Below are positions 9,945-19,594 of a stretch of DNA of 64,000 nucleotides, in pieces. Source of the DNA: Candidatus Bathyarchaeota archaeon (GTDB lineage Archaea > Thermoproteota > Bathyarchaeia > Bathyarchaeales > Bathycorpusculaceae). A program made the translations under genes and the position numbers. The stretch's first letter is position 1. Each line of letters starts with the position of its first letter. The stretch spans positions 352,001 to 416,000 of the forward strand of contig CAWFFH010000003.1 in assembly GCA_963815095.1 (NCBI GenBank), read 5' to 3'. Under the pieces are notes generated by a model. The model was not told the DNA's origin. It was given only the letters and a program-made list of their open reading frames with translations, and made no database searches.

Positions 9945-9980
9945 ATTATCATTCCCTACATTACTAGAACTTGTTTAATT

Positions 9981-10018
9981 CGGAAATATGCAAAAACCCT
10001 GCGGAAATATAAACTTTT
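9981..10018 (-). promoter_or_regulatory. Thermosome promoter: TATA box plus direct repeat CGGAAATAT
   Basis: Minus strand aaaagTTTATAT (10007-10018); cggaaatat at 9981 and 10002. Confidence 0.5.
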
Positions 10019-10431
10019 ACCCTTAAACGCTGCTGTCTCTATTTTTCATTACCTATTTGGATAATATAGTAGATACAAGCCTATAAACCGACTGAGAATG
10101 AGGGTGTTTGGAATAATTAACAAAAGAAATGCAAGAGCACGGTTACCACCGGATATGAGCCCACCCAACCTATTTACCCCTCAGTTTGTGGTCAATTCGA
10201 GTTACGCTTCTCAAAACACGTTTTTTAGAGACAGAAAACAGCATCTTTGAAAACCAAACATTTCGTGGAAGCTAGCAACTACACAATAATTGTCACTTTA
10301 ACGTCGAACAGTTAATTAGGAGTTTCAGCAAAACTGCATTGCGAAAATATACTTATCAATTAGCCTTTTGGTTGGGTTAACGGGCAAAAGGCAGAAATAA
10401 CCAGCAACCCACAATTCCATCGTGGAACGGT

Positions 10432-10959
10432 ATGATCAATGAATTCAACCTAATAGCTACAACCAGCCGCGGAAATGAGCGGCCAATGTGTAACGAAATA
10501 CTCTACTTACTCAAAGAAGAGCTAGGAGACACCGAAGCTCAAGCTGTAAAAACTAAAATCCGGGGCTTAATCGTGGCTAAAACCACACTTGACCCAGTTA
10601 TGGTGATAGAAAAGTTCCACGCTATCCTCAAAGAACGCCCATACGAGTTTCGCTATGCCCTAAGAATTTTGCCAATCGAAAAGGTTGTGCCAACCGATTT
10701 GGAAGAAATTAAGAAAGCCAGCGGAGAGCTTGCCACAAAAATAGGCGAAAATGAAACTTTCAGGGTTACAATAGAAAAGCGCTTCACTACCTTCCATACA
10801 AAAGACCTCATTGAGGCAGCTGTGGGAGAAATCAAAAATAATGCTGATCTTGAAAACCCAGATAAAATCTTGCTGGTTGAGGTTCTGGGTGCATTAACGG
10901 GGTTGTCGTTATTGAAGCCTTCGAATATCTTAGCAGTTGTTAAAGAAAAAATGCTCTAA
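10432..10959 (+). CDS. THUMP domain RNA-binding protein
   Basis: FNLIATT, LRILPIE, TFRVTIEKR, DLENPDKILLVEV pattern. Confidence 0.88.
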   Translation: MINEFNLIATTSRGNERPMCNEILYLLKEELGDTEAQAVKTKIRGLIVAKTTLDPVMVIEKFHAILKERPYEFRYALRILPIEKVVPTDLEEIKKASGELATKIGENETFRVTIEKRFTTFHTKDLIEAAVGEIKNNADLENPDKILLVEVLGALTGLSLLKPSNILAVVKEKML

Positions 10960-10961
10960 CT

Positions 10962-11140
10962 TTGCAGTTGAGTTATTCTTTTTAGAGAAGAAGAACTGCA
11001 ATTTCCTACGGGAAGCCCTTCTTCTTCGAACAAAATACAAACCCACCTTAACTAAAAGAACAACAACACCTCCAATTTTGGCTATTGTTGTTCTACTGCT
11101 TAACTGTTAGAAGAAGATTGCTGAATTGCCACTTCTTCTT
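10962..11140. repeat. Cluster of inverted repeats between convergent genes
   Basis: ttgcagtt..aactgcaa; agaacaacaa..ttgttgttct; agaagaag..cttcttct. Confidence 0.6.
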
Positions 11141-11283
11141 CTTTTAAAATGACTTGAAACTGAAGTTCAGACTTGAGCTTAGTTAATAATTTCTATTGAT
11201 GAATAAAGTTCATTTAGAATATTCGAAATCTCTTCAACAAGCCCGTTTAAAACATAAACAGAGTCTTCCCCGACTTCTCTTAA

Positions 11284-11841
11284 TCACTTTATGGCTAATA
11301 GAGCGACTTGCTCGATAACTAAGTTAACTATTGCCTTCCTCTGGTTACCGTCTTCGAGGATTTTTAATTCTTCGTTTTGGATGTTGAAGACTTTTTTGAT
11401 GTTCATTTCCTTGGTTTTAGTCATTTCAATAACCGCCTCGTCTGGGTCAGTTCCAACGCATTTGGTAAGCGCTTCAAGGATATTTTGAATATGGGCTGGA
11501 TCTTCGCCGATTATTGCAACTGCCATGTTTTTTGTTTTTGGTTTTATTCCGCTGCGTTCAATAGCTTTTTGTATTTGTCGTTGAGCAGAAGCGTAGAGCA
11601 TCGTTTCCATTGCAGGGGTCTTTGAAAGGTTGGTTTTGTTGTTGAAGGCTTGTAAGGCGTTTAGGACGGCGAAATATAGGTGTTCTTGTGTGGCAATTAG
11701 GTCGGCGTCGAAGAATTGGATGTTGACGTTTTGGGTTTGTTTTCGGTTTGCTTTTAAGAATGCGTCTATCTTATCGAACGCTATGCTTTTGTAACCTGTT
11801 ATTTCCACGTATTTGCCATGTTCTTTTATGTACTGAAGCAT
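11284..11841 (-). CDS. cgi121: KEOPS complex subunit Cgi121
   Basis: QFFDADLI, HLYFAV..A, METMLYASAQRQIQKAI motifs. Confidence 0.9.
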   Translation of the reverse strand: MLQYIKEHGKYVEITGYKSIAFDKIDAFLKANRKQTQNVNIQFFDADLIATQEHLYFAVLNALQAFNNKTNLSKTPAMETMLYASAQRQIQKAIERSGIKPKTKNMAVAIIGEDPAHIQNILEALTKCVGTDPDEAVIEMTKTKEMNIKKVFNIQNEELKILEDGNQRKAIVNLVIEQVALLAIK

Positions 11842-11851
11842 GTTTGGGCTC

Positions 11852-12433
11852 CTACTGCATGTCTTTTAGGAGTTTTTCGACCAGTGGTTTGGGTAAGCCT
11901 GCTTTTACGAGCTTTGCGACTTCTTGGTTTAATGCACGTTTGCCTTGCTGTCTTTGAATTATTTTTCGCAGAGTTTCTTTGATGTCCCAAGGGAAAACGA
12001 TCCAGTTGGTCGTTTGTTTTTCGTAAAAGTCGGGGGTCGTTGTGGATTGGGGTTTTTTGTAGAGGGTGGCTGTTTTGATTTCACTGGCAACGTCTTGGAT
12101 GCTGGTTTGGGCGAGTTTTAGGCTTGCGCCGCTGTCTGCAATATCGTCAACCAATAACACTTTTTTGTTGGTTACCGTTATAGTTGGGGATTGTTTTAGT
12201 TTTGGTTCATCCAGCGTTTGGTTGATGTTTGTATAGAATTCTATTTGGACAAAGCCGAGTTCAGGGGTTTCTAATAGGTCAGTTAGGATGCGTGCGGGCA
12301 TTAAGCCGCCCCTTGCGACACCCAAAATGATGTCTGGGTGGAAATTTTGGCTTTGGATTTTTTGGGCTTGACTAAGAAGCATATCATAGATTTGGTTCCA
12401 TGTCGGAACTTCATAGTCGATGTTGGCTGCCAA
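11852..12433 (-). CDS. Type I phosphoribosyltransferase (purine PRT-like)
   Basis: VARGG, VLLVDDIADSGASL PRPP motif, WIVFPWD. Confidence 0.9.
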   Translation of the reverse strand: MAANIDYEVPTWNQIYDMLLSQAQKIQSQNFHPDIILGVARGGLMPARILTDLLETPELGFVQIEFYTNINQTLDEPKLKQSPTITVTNKKVLLVDDIADSGASLKLAQTSIQDVASEIKTATLYKKPQSTTTPDFYEKQTTNWIVFPWDIKETLRKIIQRQQGKRALNQEVAKLVKAGLPKPLVEKLLKDMQ

Positions 12434-12753
12434 CGCTTCTTCCTCTTCTTAGGAATACATTTTCTTGTGATGTTAACCTTTCTGTAGTCAATTGACCATG
12501 AGTACTTTATTGTTGCCTATTTTTGGTATTTTAGCTATTTGCTTATTTATTGTGATTGTGATTCGATTTTTGTGTTGAGATTTGTTAGTGGTTGATTTGT
12601 TTTTTGCTTGCTCGGTTGCAGGTTTATTAAGGGGTTATGTTAATTATTTTATTCGGATGATAGGCGTCTGGAGATATGTTTCGTAATTCGTAATATAGTT
12701 TATATGCTTAGACGTCTTTTTCCAATAATCAATAACGAAAGGAGACTTGAAAA

Positions 12754-13092
12754 ATGGTGAAGAATGTGGACGAAGAGAAGATTAAGCGCGTACTCACTGA
12801 GCCCAAACTGGCTGCAGTTAAAGCAATGCTTGAAAAAGACCATGCGATCGACTGTTTACTGCTACTCCATGTTGGTCGCGGCAAATGGAAGGATGCTAAA
12901 GACTTCATGAAAGACAATAATTTGACACTCAGTGACGGCACCTTCAGGGCCAGAATGATTGAGATTGAATCTCTGGGTTTAGCTAAGAGCGAACGTATTG
13001 ACCCTCTTAAGAAGTACTATGTTAAGACTGAACTCGGGGAAAAAGTGTCGAATCTTCTTCTTGGCTTTTTTGACGAGCTTGACGTAAAATAG
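12754..13092 (+). CDS. Winged helix-turn-helix protein
   Basis: LSDGTFRARMIEIESLGL..YYVKTELGEK wing pattern; upstream GGAG and TATA. Confidence 0.7.
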   Translation: MVKNVDEEKIKRVLTEPKLAAVKAMLEKDHAIDCLLLLHVGRGKWKDAKDFMKDNNLTLSDGTFRARMIEIESLGLAKSERIDPLKKYYVKTELGEKVSNLLLGFFDELDVK

Positions 13093-13170
13093 TTTTTAGT
13101 TCGGGCGACTTGACGCCTTTTTCTTTCTTTTTCTCAATTTTCTTGATGGCTGTGGGTGTGTTCTACAGAT

Positions 13171-13206
13171 CTATACTATTGTATAGTAAGACGTAATATT
13201 TAAAAG
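13171..13206 (+). promoter_or_regulatory. Palindrome CTATAC-N4-GTATAG upstream of the pilin TATA box
   Basis: Perfect 6-bp arms at 13171-13186; ATTTAAAAG at about 13198-13206. Confidence 0.5.
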
Positions 13207-13256
13207 GCCGGATTTGTCGATTACTAACACAAACCTACAAGAAGGTTAAAAATAAA

Positions 13257-13706
13257 ATGAATACATACATCAGAAAAATAAAGAAAAACTCGAAAGCCCT
13301 AAGCCCCGTAGTCGCATCAATCATCTTAATCGCCGTCACCGTCGCAGTCAGCGTTGTCGTCGCCGCATGGATGGGAGGAATGACCGTCGGTCTAATGGGA
13401 AACGCAGAGCAGGCATCAATTACAAACATTGGCTTTACTCAAGCAACAACTGCCGCCAGCGCTACTTTGCAAGTTGCAATACAAAATACTGGAAATGCTG
13501 ATATTAAGATAACTGCAGCATACATTGACGGAAACACTGTATCTGCTACAGGTCTACCTTTGACTGTTCCAAAGAATTCGCCCGGTACAACAACATTGAC
13601 TCTCAGTGGCACCGCTCCAGCAGAATTGACAAGTGGACAAACGTACGTAGTCAAGCTCACAACCGCAAAGGGTACCAACTTAGTATATTCAGCAATTGCA
13701 CCATAG
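13257..13706 (+). CDS. Archaeal type IV pilin (class III signal peptide)
   Basis: KKNSKA/LSPVVASIILIAVTVAVSVVV prepilin motif followed by an Ig-like beta domain. Confidence 0.9.
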   Translation: MNTYIRKIKKNSKALSPVVASIILIAVTVAVSVVVAAWMGGMTVGLMGNAEQASITNIGFTQATTAASATLQVAIQNTGNADIKITAAYIDGNTVSATGLPLTVPKNSPGTTTLTLSGTAPAELTSGQTYVVKLTTAKGTNLVYSAIAP

Positions 13707-13810
13707 AAACTAAATATTTGTCTTGAAATCATAAATTCGGGGGTAAGGTGAATTAAAAGTTCACCCAACTTTCCTCTTTCTCTTTATTAAAAATTTAGGA
13801 AGTAAAAATC

Positions 13811-14236
13811 ATGGTAACACAAATAAAAGAATATACATCTGCCCAAGCTATAGCAGAAGCATTGGACAAAGAATTATCCGAAACCAAAAGCGTGCTAGGC
13901 GAATACCTGCGAAAACTCGACGAAATTCGCACCCTAGCAGAAAAATCTAAGAAAGTCCGTGAAGTCGTAATGAAGTTGGCAGGTAAAAAAGCACCAACTG
14001 AAAACACAAGCGAAATCACGGTTGGAACATTGAACATTGTTTTGGATGCTAACCCATTTCATGAGTTGACCGCCATAGAATCTGTAGTGCGCAGCCATCA
14101 AGAGCGGCTGTTGGTTTTGCAGAAGGTACGTGAAGCCTTAAAGTGGCTTGATCAACTTGGCGATACGGAAGGTCTCAAGTACCTTGTAGTGGAAGATGAA
14201 GGCATACCTGAACGTATCTTATTCAAAATATCTTAA
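13811..14236 (+). CDS. Hypothetical coiled-coil protein
   Basis: Good RBS (aggaag); two heptad-patterned helices separated by a short beta segment. Confidence 0.75.
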   Translation: MVTQIKEYTSAQAIAEALDKELSETKSVLGEYLRKLDEIRTLAEKSKKVREVVMKLAGKKAPTENTSEITVGTLNIVLDANPFHELTAIESVVRSHQERLLVLQKVREALKWLDQLGDTEGLKYLVVEDEGIPERILFKIS

Positions 14237-14259
14237 AATTAGAAAAGGAGAACAAAACG

Positions 14260-15057
14260 GTGACTGAAGCTTATATAAATCCCCTTCAAACAGTTATAGA
14301 TGAATTCAAAAATATAAGCCCAGAAACCACCAACGCTTTATTATTCAAAAACAACGGCCAAACTATCGCTAGCATAAAAGCCGCATCTGAAGATCAAACC
14401 AGAAAACTCATCTTCAACTTCAGCAATATTGAGTCACAAGCCCAAGCCATCGGAGGCATAGAATACTTAACAATTCAAACTACCGAAAATCAACTAAGCG
14501 TCACCGCAATGAATAACCTCTATTTTGCAACAGTTTCTTCCCGCGAAGCAAACCAAGAAATTATAAAGTCATTAACCCAAGTTGTAATCCCAACAATTGT
14601 TTATCTCGTTGACCAAACTGCCTTGAACCCTTTAGAAACACAGCCGCCACAAGCCCTCCAGCTCGAAGAGAAACATGTTGAAGAAACTGTTTTGCCCGTT
14701 GAAGATGAACCAACCATAGAACCCATACCTGAACCTCAACCACCTTTTGAACTGTTTCTTCCATCAACACCTGTTAACCAGTTTATGGTGGAAAAAATTG
14801 GGGGAATGCTTGTTGCAGCTGATACTGTGCGAGTTGACGGCGAGGTCATCTCGCAATGGAGCGACCTCTATAGTGGCAAACAATTCACGATGGTAAACAT
14901 CGAAGCCTTAGACGGCAAAAAGACCACTTGCAAATTTAAAACCATAAAAGAAACCAAAAACAACGCCAAAGGCATCATCCAAATTCCAGAAAAAATCCTC
15001 CAAACTCTGCAAACTGAAAAAGGCAAGCTGGTAATGGTTAAACCAGTAATCGAATAG
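14260..15057 (+). CDS. Putative roadblock-like N domain, Pro/Glu linker and double-psi beta-barrel-like C domain
   Basis: Helix-ALLFKNNGQTIAS-helix-strands pattern; PQPP linker; DTVRVD..IIQIPEKILQTL..KGKLVMVKP resembles Cdc48-N. Confidence 0.55.
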   Translation: MTEAYINPLQTVIDEFKNISPETTNALLFKNNGQTIASIKAASEDQTRKLIFNFSNIESQAQAIGGIEYLTIQTTENQLSVTAMNNLYFATVSSREANQEIIKSLTQVVIPTIVYLVDQTALNPLETQPPQALQLEEKHVEETVLPVEDEPTIEPIPEPQPPFELFLPSTPVNQFMVEKIGGMLVAADTVRVDGEVISQWSDLYSGKQFTMVNIEALDGKKTTCKFKTIKETKNNAKGIIQIPEKILQTLQTEKGKLVMVKPVIE

Positions 15058-15066
15058 GAGGCGTAA

Positions 15067-15489
15067 TTGTTGAACCAAAAAGCAACAATTGAAACCACAC
15101 CAGAAGTTCCTGAAGGCGCCGCGGTTATTTCTGTTGGAGACGAAAATTCTGCATTCTCAAATTTAGCTGCTAGTTTAGTTGAAATCCGCAAACTAAAAGG
15201 AGTTAACGGGTACATTCTAAGAAGCGACACCTCAGCCATAATTGACCTAACCGAACAGGAAAAAATAATCGAATACGCCATCTTATTATCCCAAATCTCT
15301 GAGTCAAGCGATAAAATTGCAAAACAATTCAACATGACTAATATAGAGAGCGTACTCGTCGAGGGCAAAAGTGCCAAAGTCCTCTGCATGATCGTAGGCG
15401 AAAACAAAATAGGCGTTTTTATGGAGAAAACTGCCACGCACACCTATCTTAGTGACTTAGTCACAAAATCTTTGCCAGAAAAAGTTTGA
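15067..15489 (+). CDS. Roadblock/LC7 (MglB-like) domain protein
   Basis: LVEIRKLKGVNGYIL..IESVLVEGKSAKVLCMIVGENKIGVF fits the roadblock topology. Confidence 0.75.
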   Translation: MLNQKATIETTPEVPEGAAVISVGDENSAFSNLAASLVEIRKLKGVNGYILRSDTSAIIDLTEQEKIIEYAILLSQISESSDKIAKQFNMTNIESVLVEGKSAKVLCMIVGENKIGVFMEKTATHTYLSDLVTKSLPEKV

Positions 15490-15668
15490 AACCAGAAGAT
15501 TAACTTTTATCTCAGGCAATTTTTCGTCCCTTGGCTTTCATACCCAGAATTTATGGAATTCAACTTTGAAAAAGGGTTCGCTCGATATCTGGAACCAGCA
15601 ACCCAAAATCTAGCGCATTTTTGATTTTTCTGAAAAAAAAAACAGTTGAGAGATTAAAAATAAAGGGT

Positions 15669-15896
15669 TTAGAAGTTGCGGGCTTCTTTACGTTTCTCTG
15701 CTTCTTCGTAGAACCGCAGAACTTCATCGATGATTTCTACGTTTGAGAGCAACATGCGTCTGCAACAGTACCGCTTCAAACCTAAGCTGTCGAGGACGTC
15801 GCTGGCGTTTTCGCCTGTCTTGATTCGGCGGGTGAATTCGTCCCATCGGTCTCCAACCAGTTTGCCGCAAGTGAAGCATCGTACGGGAATAATCAT
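15669..15896 (-). CDS. rpoN: RNA polymerase subunit N (Rpo10)
   Basis: [19 protein letters not shown]. Confidence 0.98.
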   Translation of the reverse strand: MIIPVRCFTCGKLVGDRWDEFTRRIKTGENASDVLDSLGLKRYCCRRMLLSNVEIIDEVLRFYEEAEKRKEARNF

Positions 15897-15910
15897 GTTG
15901 TTTTTTCTCC

Positions 15911-16321
15911 TTATCTGTAGCTTTTCTGTTCTTTGGAACGTGCGCCTGCTCCGCCGACTTTCTTTGTCTCTTTGGTTCGGCTGTCTCCGGCAATCATGGT
16001 TCTGTCGTATTCGTTAAAAACGGTTCGTAGATGAGTACTCTTGGTCCATTTCAAGAGCGCATTAGATATAGCCATACGTGCTGCTTCTGCTTGTCCCATG
16101 TAGCCTCCACCGCTGGTTTTAACGTCCATATCAAGTTGTTGCCAGACATCTGCGCCTGCTTGCAATAGGGGCTCCATGATTTTTGCTTTTGCAATGTCGG
16201 GTTCGTAAATTTCAACTGGAGTCCTGTTTATTCGAACTCTACCAATACCTTGTTTGACTATGGCGCGGGCAACTGCGGTTTTTCGCTTTCCACTAACTAC
16301 TAAGACTTTTTTTGCGGGCAT
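15911..16321 (-). CDS. rps9: 30S ribosomal protein S9
   Basis: [22 protein letters not shown] end. Confidence 0.98.
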   Translation of the reverse strand: MPAKKVLVVSGKRKTAVARAIVKQGIGRVRINRTPVEIYEPDIAKAKIMEPLLQAGADVWQQLDMDVKTSGGGYMGQAEAARMAISNALLKWTKSTHLRTVFNEYDRTMIAGDSRTKETKKVGGAGARSKEQKSYR

Positions 16322-16323
16322 AA

Positions 16324-16779
16324 TTATTCCATCCTATTGTTCCATCCGATTTCTTTGGCCATTTCGCCAAGAGTGAAGTGTGGTCCTTTCAGGTTTGCTG
16401 AATTGGCTTCTTCGAATGTTATCATCTTTTGTTCTTTGAACTCAAGTGGGACACCCATGAATACTTTCAGGCGTTTGTAAGCATTTTTGCCTTTAGGCTG
16501 CTTGAATGGAACCATACCGCGTACAGTTTTTCGTAGGAAACGGTCAGGACGGCGGTAATGGAAGGGTCCACGCATTGGGGCGCCAACTTCGAGGAATTTG
16601 TGTGCTTCTAGTACCTTGCTCTTCTTTTTACCAGAAAACACTGCTTTCTCTGCATTGAGTATAATTACTTCTTCTCCGTTTAACAATCGTTTAGCAACTT
16701 TGCTACACATTCGGCCAACGATTAAGCCTTCAGCGTTCACGAAAGTTATTGGGGATTGTGTTGTTTCCATTTTTCTCAC
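16324..16779 (-). CDS. rpl13: 50S ribosomal protein L13
   Basis: GRMCSKVAK, RGPFHYRRP, TVRGM. Confidence 0.97.
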   Translation of the reverse strand: MRKMETTQSPITFVNAEGLIVGRMCSKVAKRLLNGEEVIILNAEKAVFSGKKKSKVLEAHKFLEVGAPMRGPFHYRRPDRFLRKTVRGMVPFKQPKGKNAYKRLKVFMGVPLEFKEQKMITFEEANSANLKGPHFTLGEMAKEIGWNNRME

Positions 16780-17138
16780 CGGATAATTCTTACGTTTGAG
16801 CCTTTGGGATTTTTCTCCATTAACTCGAGGATTGTGATGTATTTTGCTTTAACAGCATTAAGTTTCGCCTTAGCTTTATCGGAGACATCGAATGCGGCCA
16901 CTGTTACAGCATGATCTATACTGCCTGAGGCTAAGATTTTACCTGGAACAACCACTACATCGGCTTTTTTTGTGTGTCTGTTTAGTTTGCTCAGGTTAAC
17001 GGCTATTCTTTGGCTACGTGGTTTAGCTAAGTGGTCAGCAACATCTAGCCAAATTCCTGCCTGCTGTTCTCTGCTTTCTTTCTTTAAAAGACCAATAAGT
17101 TCGATTAATTGGGGGTTTGTAGTTTTAGTTTCTCTCAT
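16776..17138 (-). CDS. rpl18e: 50S ribosomal protein L18e
   Basis: TNPQL, VNLSKLNR, VVVPGKIL, NPKGSNVRII. Confidence 0.97.
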   Translation of the reverse strand: MRETKTTNPQLIELIGLLKKESREQQAGIWLDVADHLAKPRSQRIAVNLSKLNRHTKKADVVVVPGKILASGSIDHAVTVAAFDVSDKAKAKLNAVKAKYITILELMEKNPKGSNVRIIR

Positions 17139-17950
17139 TGTGGTTCAGCCTTTATTTGTTCTTCAAACTCGTCTAGTTGTTTGCCTAACAGTTTAGTTGC
17201 TTCTCTGAGTACTCGTTCTGGAGGAAGCGCACCTGTAGACTCAATATTCATTACGAAAGCGTTCTTTTCCCATTCAACCTTCAACGGAGATGGTTTTTGT
17301 GGACAGGCATCAACGCAATCCATGCAAAGGTTACATGCCAAAAGGTCTATTACATCAACTTTTTCGTCTTTGATGGCGAGAACTTTTTTGGGACAGATGT
17401 CAACACATTTTGAACAATCTTTACATTTTTCGGCTGGTGGGGTAACTTTTGGGTAGTATTTGTAGGCACACATGGAAACTGGCTGCCATTTTGCATGTGC
17501 TTTGCCTCGGCCAAGCCTTGCATATGCTTCAAGTTTTAGTTTCTGGTTTTTCGCCAGTTTGATAATTGGAATTCTATCTGAAACTGGAACGATTTCAGGG
17601 TTTTCCGAAATTATTTCTCCCGAGTAAACAGTCCTTGTACCATCTCGTGCTTCAGCATCAAGAGTTAATGTTACCCGACAAGAGGGACAACCGAATTCAC
17701 TTTTGCATTCGCATTCTTCTGGAGTGCTGTAAGCATCTAAATCTGTCTTTAATGGAGTAAGACCAAGTCTGTGAGCGATGATTTCATCTTGGAGAATTGA
17801 AGAATTCTCTATCATGACAACTTCTTCAATTGCCATACAGGGAACCTCAGCAAGTGCTAGACGGCGAAGTGCATTCATTAAAGGCACATCCGCATCTTTT
17901 ACCGCTATGCGGAGGTTAATATCATTCTTTTCAAGGACTTCAATTTTCAC
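17135..17950 (-). CDS. rpoD: RNA polymerase subunit D (Rpo3) with ferredoxin-like insert
   Basis: NALRR, AHRLGLTP, HAKWQP, ESTGALPP; two CxxCxxCxxxC motifs. Confidence 0.97.
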   Translation of the reverse strand: MKIEVLEKNDINLRIAVKDADVPLMNALRRLALAEVPCMAIEEVVMIENSSILQDEIIAHRLGLTPLKTDLDAYSTPEECECKSEFGCPSCRVTLTLDAEARDGTRTVYSGEIISENPEIVPVSDRIPIIKLAKNQKLKLEAYARLGRGKAHAKWQPVSMCAYKYYPKVTPPAEKCKDCSKCVDICPKKVLAIKDEKVDVIDLLACNLCMDCVDACPQKPSPLKVEWEKNAFVMNIESTGALPPERVLREATKLLGKQLDEFEEQIKAEPQ

Positions 17951-17999
17951 TTGCTAGGACACTCCAATAAGTTATTCTCAATAAAGGGGGTATCGCAGA

Positions 18000-18407
18000 T
18001 TAGACTCTTCTGCCTCTTCGACCACCAGGTCTTCTTGTACCGTCGTGGGGAATTGGTGTGACTTCTTCGATGCGTTCAATACGGAAACCGAATCGGGCTA
18101 ATGCTCGGATGGCTGCTTGTGCGCCTGGTCCAGGTGTTCTGGGTCCTGCGCCGCCTGGAGCTCGAACTTTGATGTGGATGGCTGTTATTCCTTTGTCTCG
18201 TGCAATTTCGGCTGCGCCTGTTGATGCACGCATGGCAGCATAGGGTGAAGATTCCATTCTGTCGGCTTTAACGAACATTCCGCCTGTGGTGCGAGCGATG
18301 GTTTCTGCGCCTGATATGTCAGTTATGTGGATTAAGGTGTTGTTGTAGCTGCTGAAGATGTGGACAATTGCCCACTTCTCGTTCCGTTTGTTGTTAGGAG
18401 CGCTCAA
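18000..18407 (-). CDS. rps11: 30S ribosomal protein S11
   Basis: [28 protein letters not shown]. Confidence 0.98.
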   Translation of the reverse strand: MSAPNNKRNEKWAIVHIFSSYNNTLIHITDISGAETIARTTGGMFVKADRMESSPYAAMRASTGAAEIARDKGITAIHIKVRAPGGAGPRTPGPGAQAAIRALARFGFRIERIEEVTPIPHDGTRRPGGRRGRRV

Positions 18408-18994
18408 AATCTGCCGCCTCCGCGTCCGCCTCTGCGGCCTCTTTGAGGTGGTCTAGCCTCTACTTGTTTAGCCACCACAGTTAATCCAACGCGTAATGCG
18501 TGTTCTTGATTTGCAATTGCGCTTTCAGGTGAATAGACGATTTTTAATTCTAAGTCTTTGGGCACTATGTATCCGGGAATTGTTACTCGGCGTCCGTCGA
18601 TTGTTACGTGTCCATGTGTGATTAATTGGCGTGATTGGAAGACTGTTCTTGCTAATCCCTTGCGGAAGACTATTGTTTGCAATCTGCGTTCCAATATGTC
18701 TTCAATGGTTAAGTCTAATACGTTATCGAGGACTGCGGTCTCCTGCAGAATACCTTTCTTTTTGAGTTGTGCTAGCAGTTCACTCTCCATTTTTGCTCGT
18801 TCTTCAGTGGATTTACTGATGAGTGAACGTGCAATGCTTCTGTTCTTAGACAGAGAAGTCTTGTGGCGCCAGAGTTCATGTTTGTTTCTTAAGCCGAATT
18901 GCCCCAGAAGTTTAAGTTCTTCTTGGAGAACATCTTTTCTCCATCGGAACCTTGGAGTATCAAATTTCTTACGCTGTTTCTTCGGATCTCCCAT
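18404..18994 (-). CDS. rps4: 30S ribosomal protein S4
   Basis: [28 protein letters not shown]. Confidence 0.98.
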   Translation of the reverse strand: MGDPKKQRKKFDTPRFRWRKDVLQEELKLLGQFGLRNKHELWRHKTSLSKNRSIARSLISKSTEERAKMESELLAQLKKKGILQETAVLDNVLDLTIEDILERRLQTIVFRKGLARTVFQSRQLITHGHVTIDGRRVTIPGYIVPKDLELKIVYSPESAIANQEHALRVGLTVVAKQVEARPPQRGRRGGRGGGRF

Positions 18995-18996
18995 GT

Positions 18997-19485
18997 TTAT
19001 TTGCCTCCTTCAGCTGCTGCACCTGGCTTTTGCATTAGAGTCTTCTTCTTAACTCCCAACGCTTTCCCTGCTCTTCCAGTGGTCTTTGTTCTTTGACCGC
19101 GCACTTTTAAGCTATAGGCATGACGATATCCACGCCAAGACCTAATTTCTTTAGCTTGATCAATATCAGTTTTAATTTTCAATGCAAGGTCTGCACTCAA
19201 CACGTGTTGGTCTTTTCCAGAGTCAGTGTCTTTTCGACGATTGAACATCCAGCTTGGTATGCCGTATTTTACTGGGTCTTTAATAACATCTTCAATTTTT
19301 GATATGTCTGACTCTGTGATAAAGCCCACACGCAGGTCAGGGTTTACGCCTGCCTTTTTGAGGATCGCGTTTGCAAGGGCTGAACTTACGCCTTTGACTT
19401 CCGCTACCGCGTAAGAAGTCTTAAGGGTACCTTGAACATCTGTACCCATTATACGAAGTATATAGCGATATTCCTGCTGTGACAT
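18997..19485 (-). CDS. rps13: 30S ribosomal protein S13
   Basis: [24 protein letters not shown]. Confidence 0.98.
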   Translation of the reverse strand: MSQQEYRYILRIMGTDVQGTLKTSYAVAEVKGVSSALANAILKKAGVNPDLRVGFITESDISKIEDVIKDPVKYGIPSWMFNRRKDTDSGKDQHVLSADLALKIKTDIDQAKEIRSWRGYRHAYSLKVRGQRTKTTGRAGKALGVKKKTLMQKPGAAAEGGK

Positions 19486-19594
19486 GCTAAGTTTTCATCC
19501 GTTTTTTAACTTTAAAGCATATACGAAATATGGCGGTATTTATTTAAACCTTCTCTTCTAAAAACTATCATCAACCGTTAACGAAAAAAGCATG

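Noticed and set aside
10020-10430. Long intergenic region as a possible ncRNA (SRP, RNase P, C/D box)
   Set aside because: No recognisable conserved motifs or extended GC-rich stems.
12480-12650. Strongly T/G-skewed tract
   Set aside because: No periodicity, ORF or ORB-like repeat; probably a divergent promoter spacer.
17135-17950. Ferredoxin-like insert in RpoD as a novelty
   Set aside because: Fe-S domains in Rpo3 are already described in several archaea.
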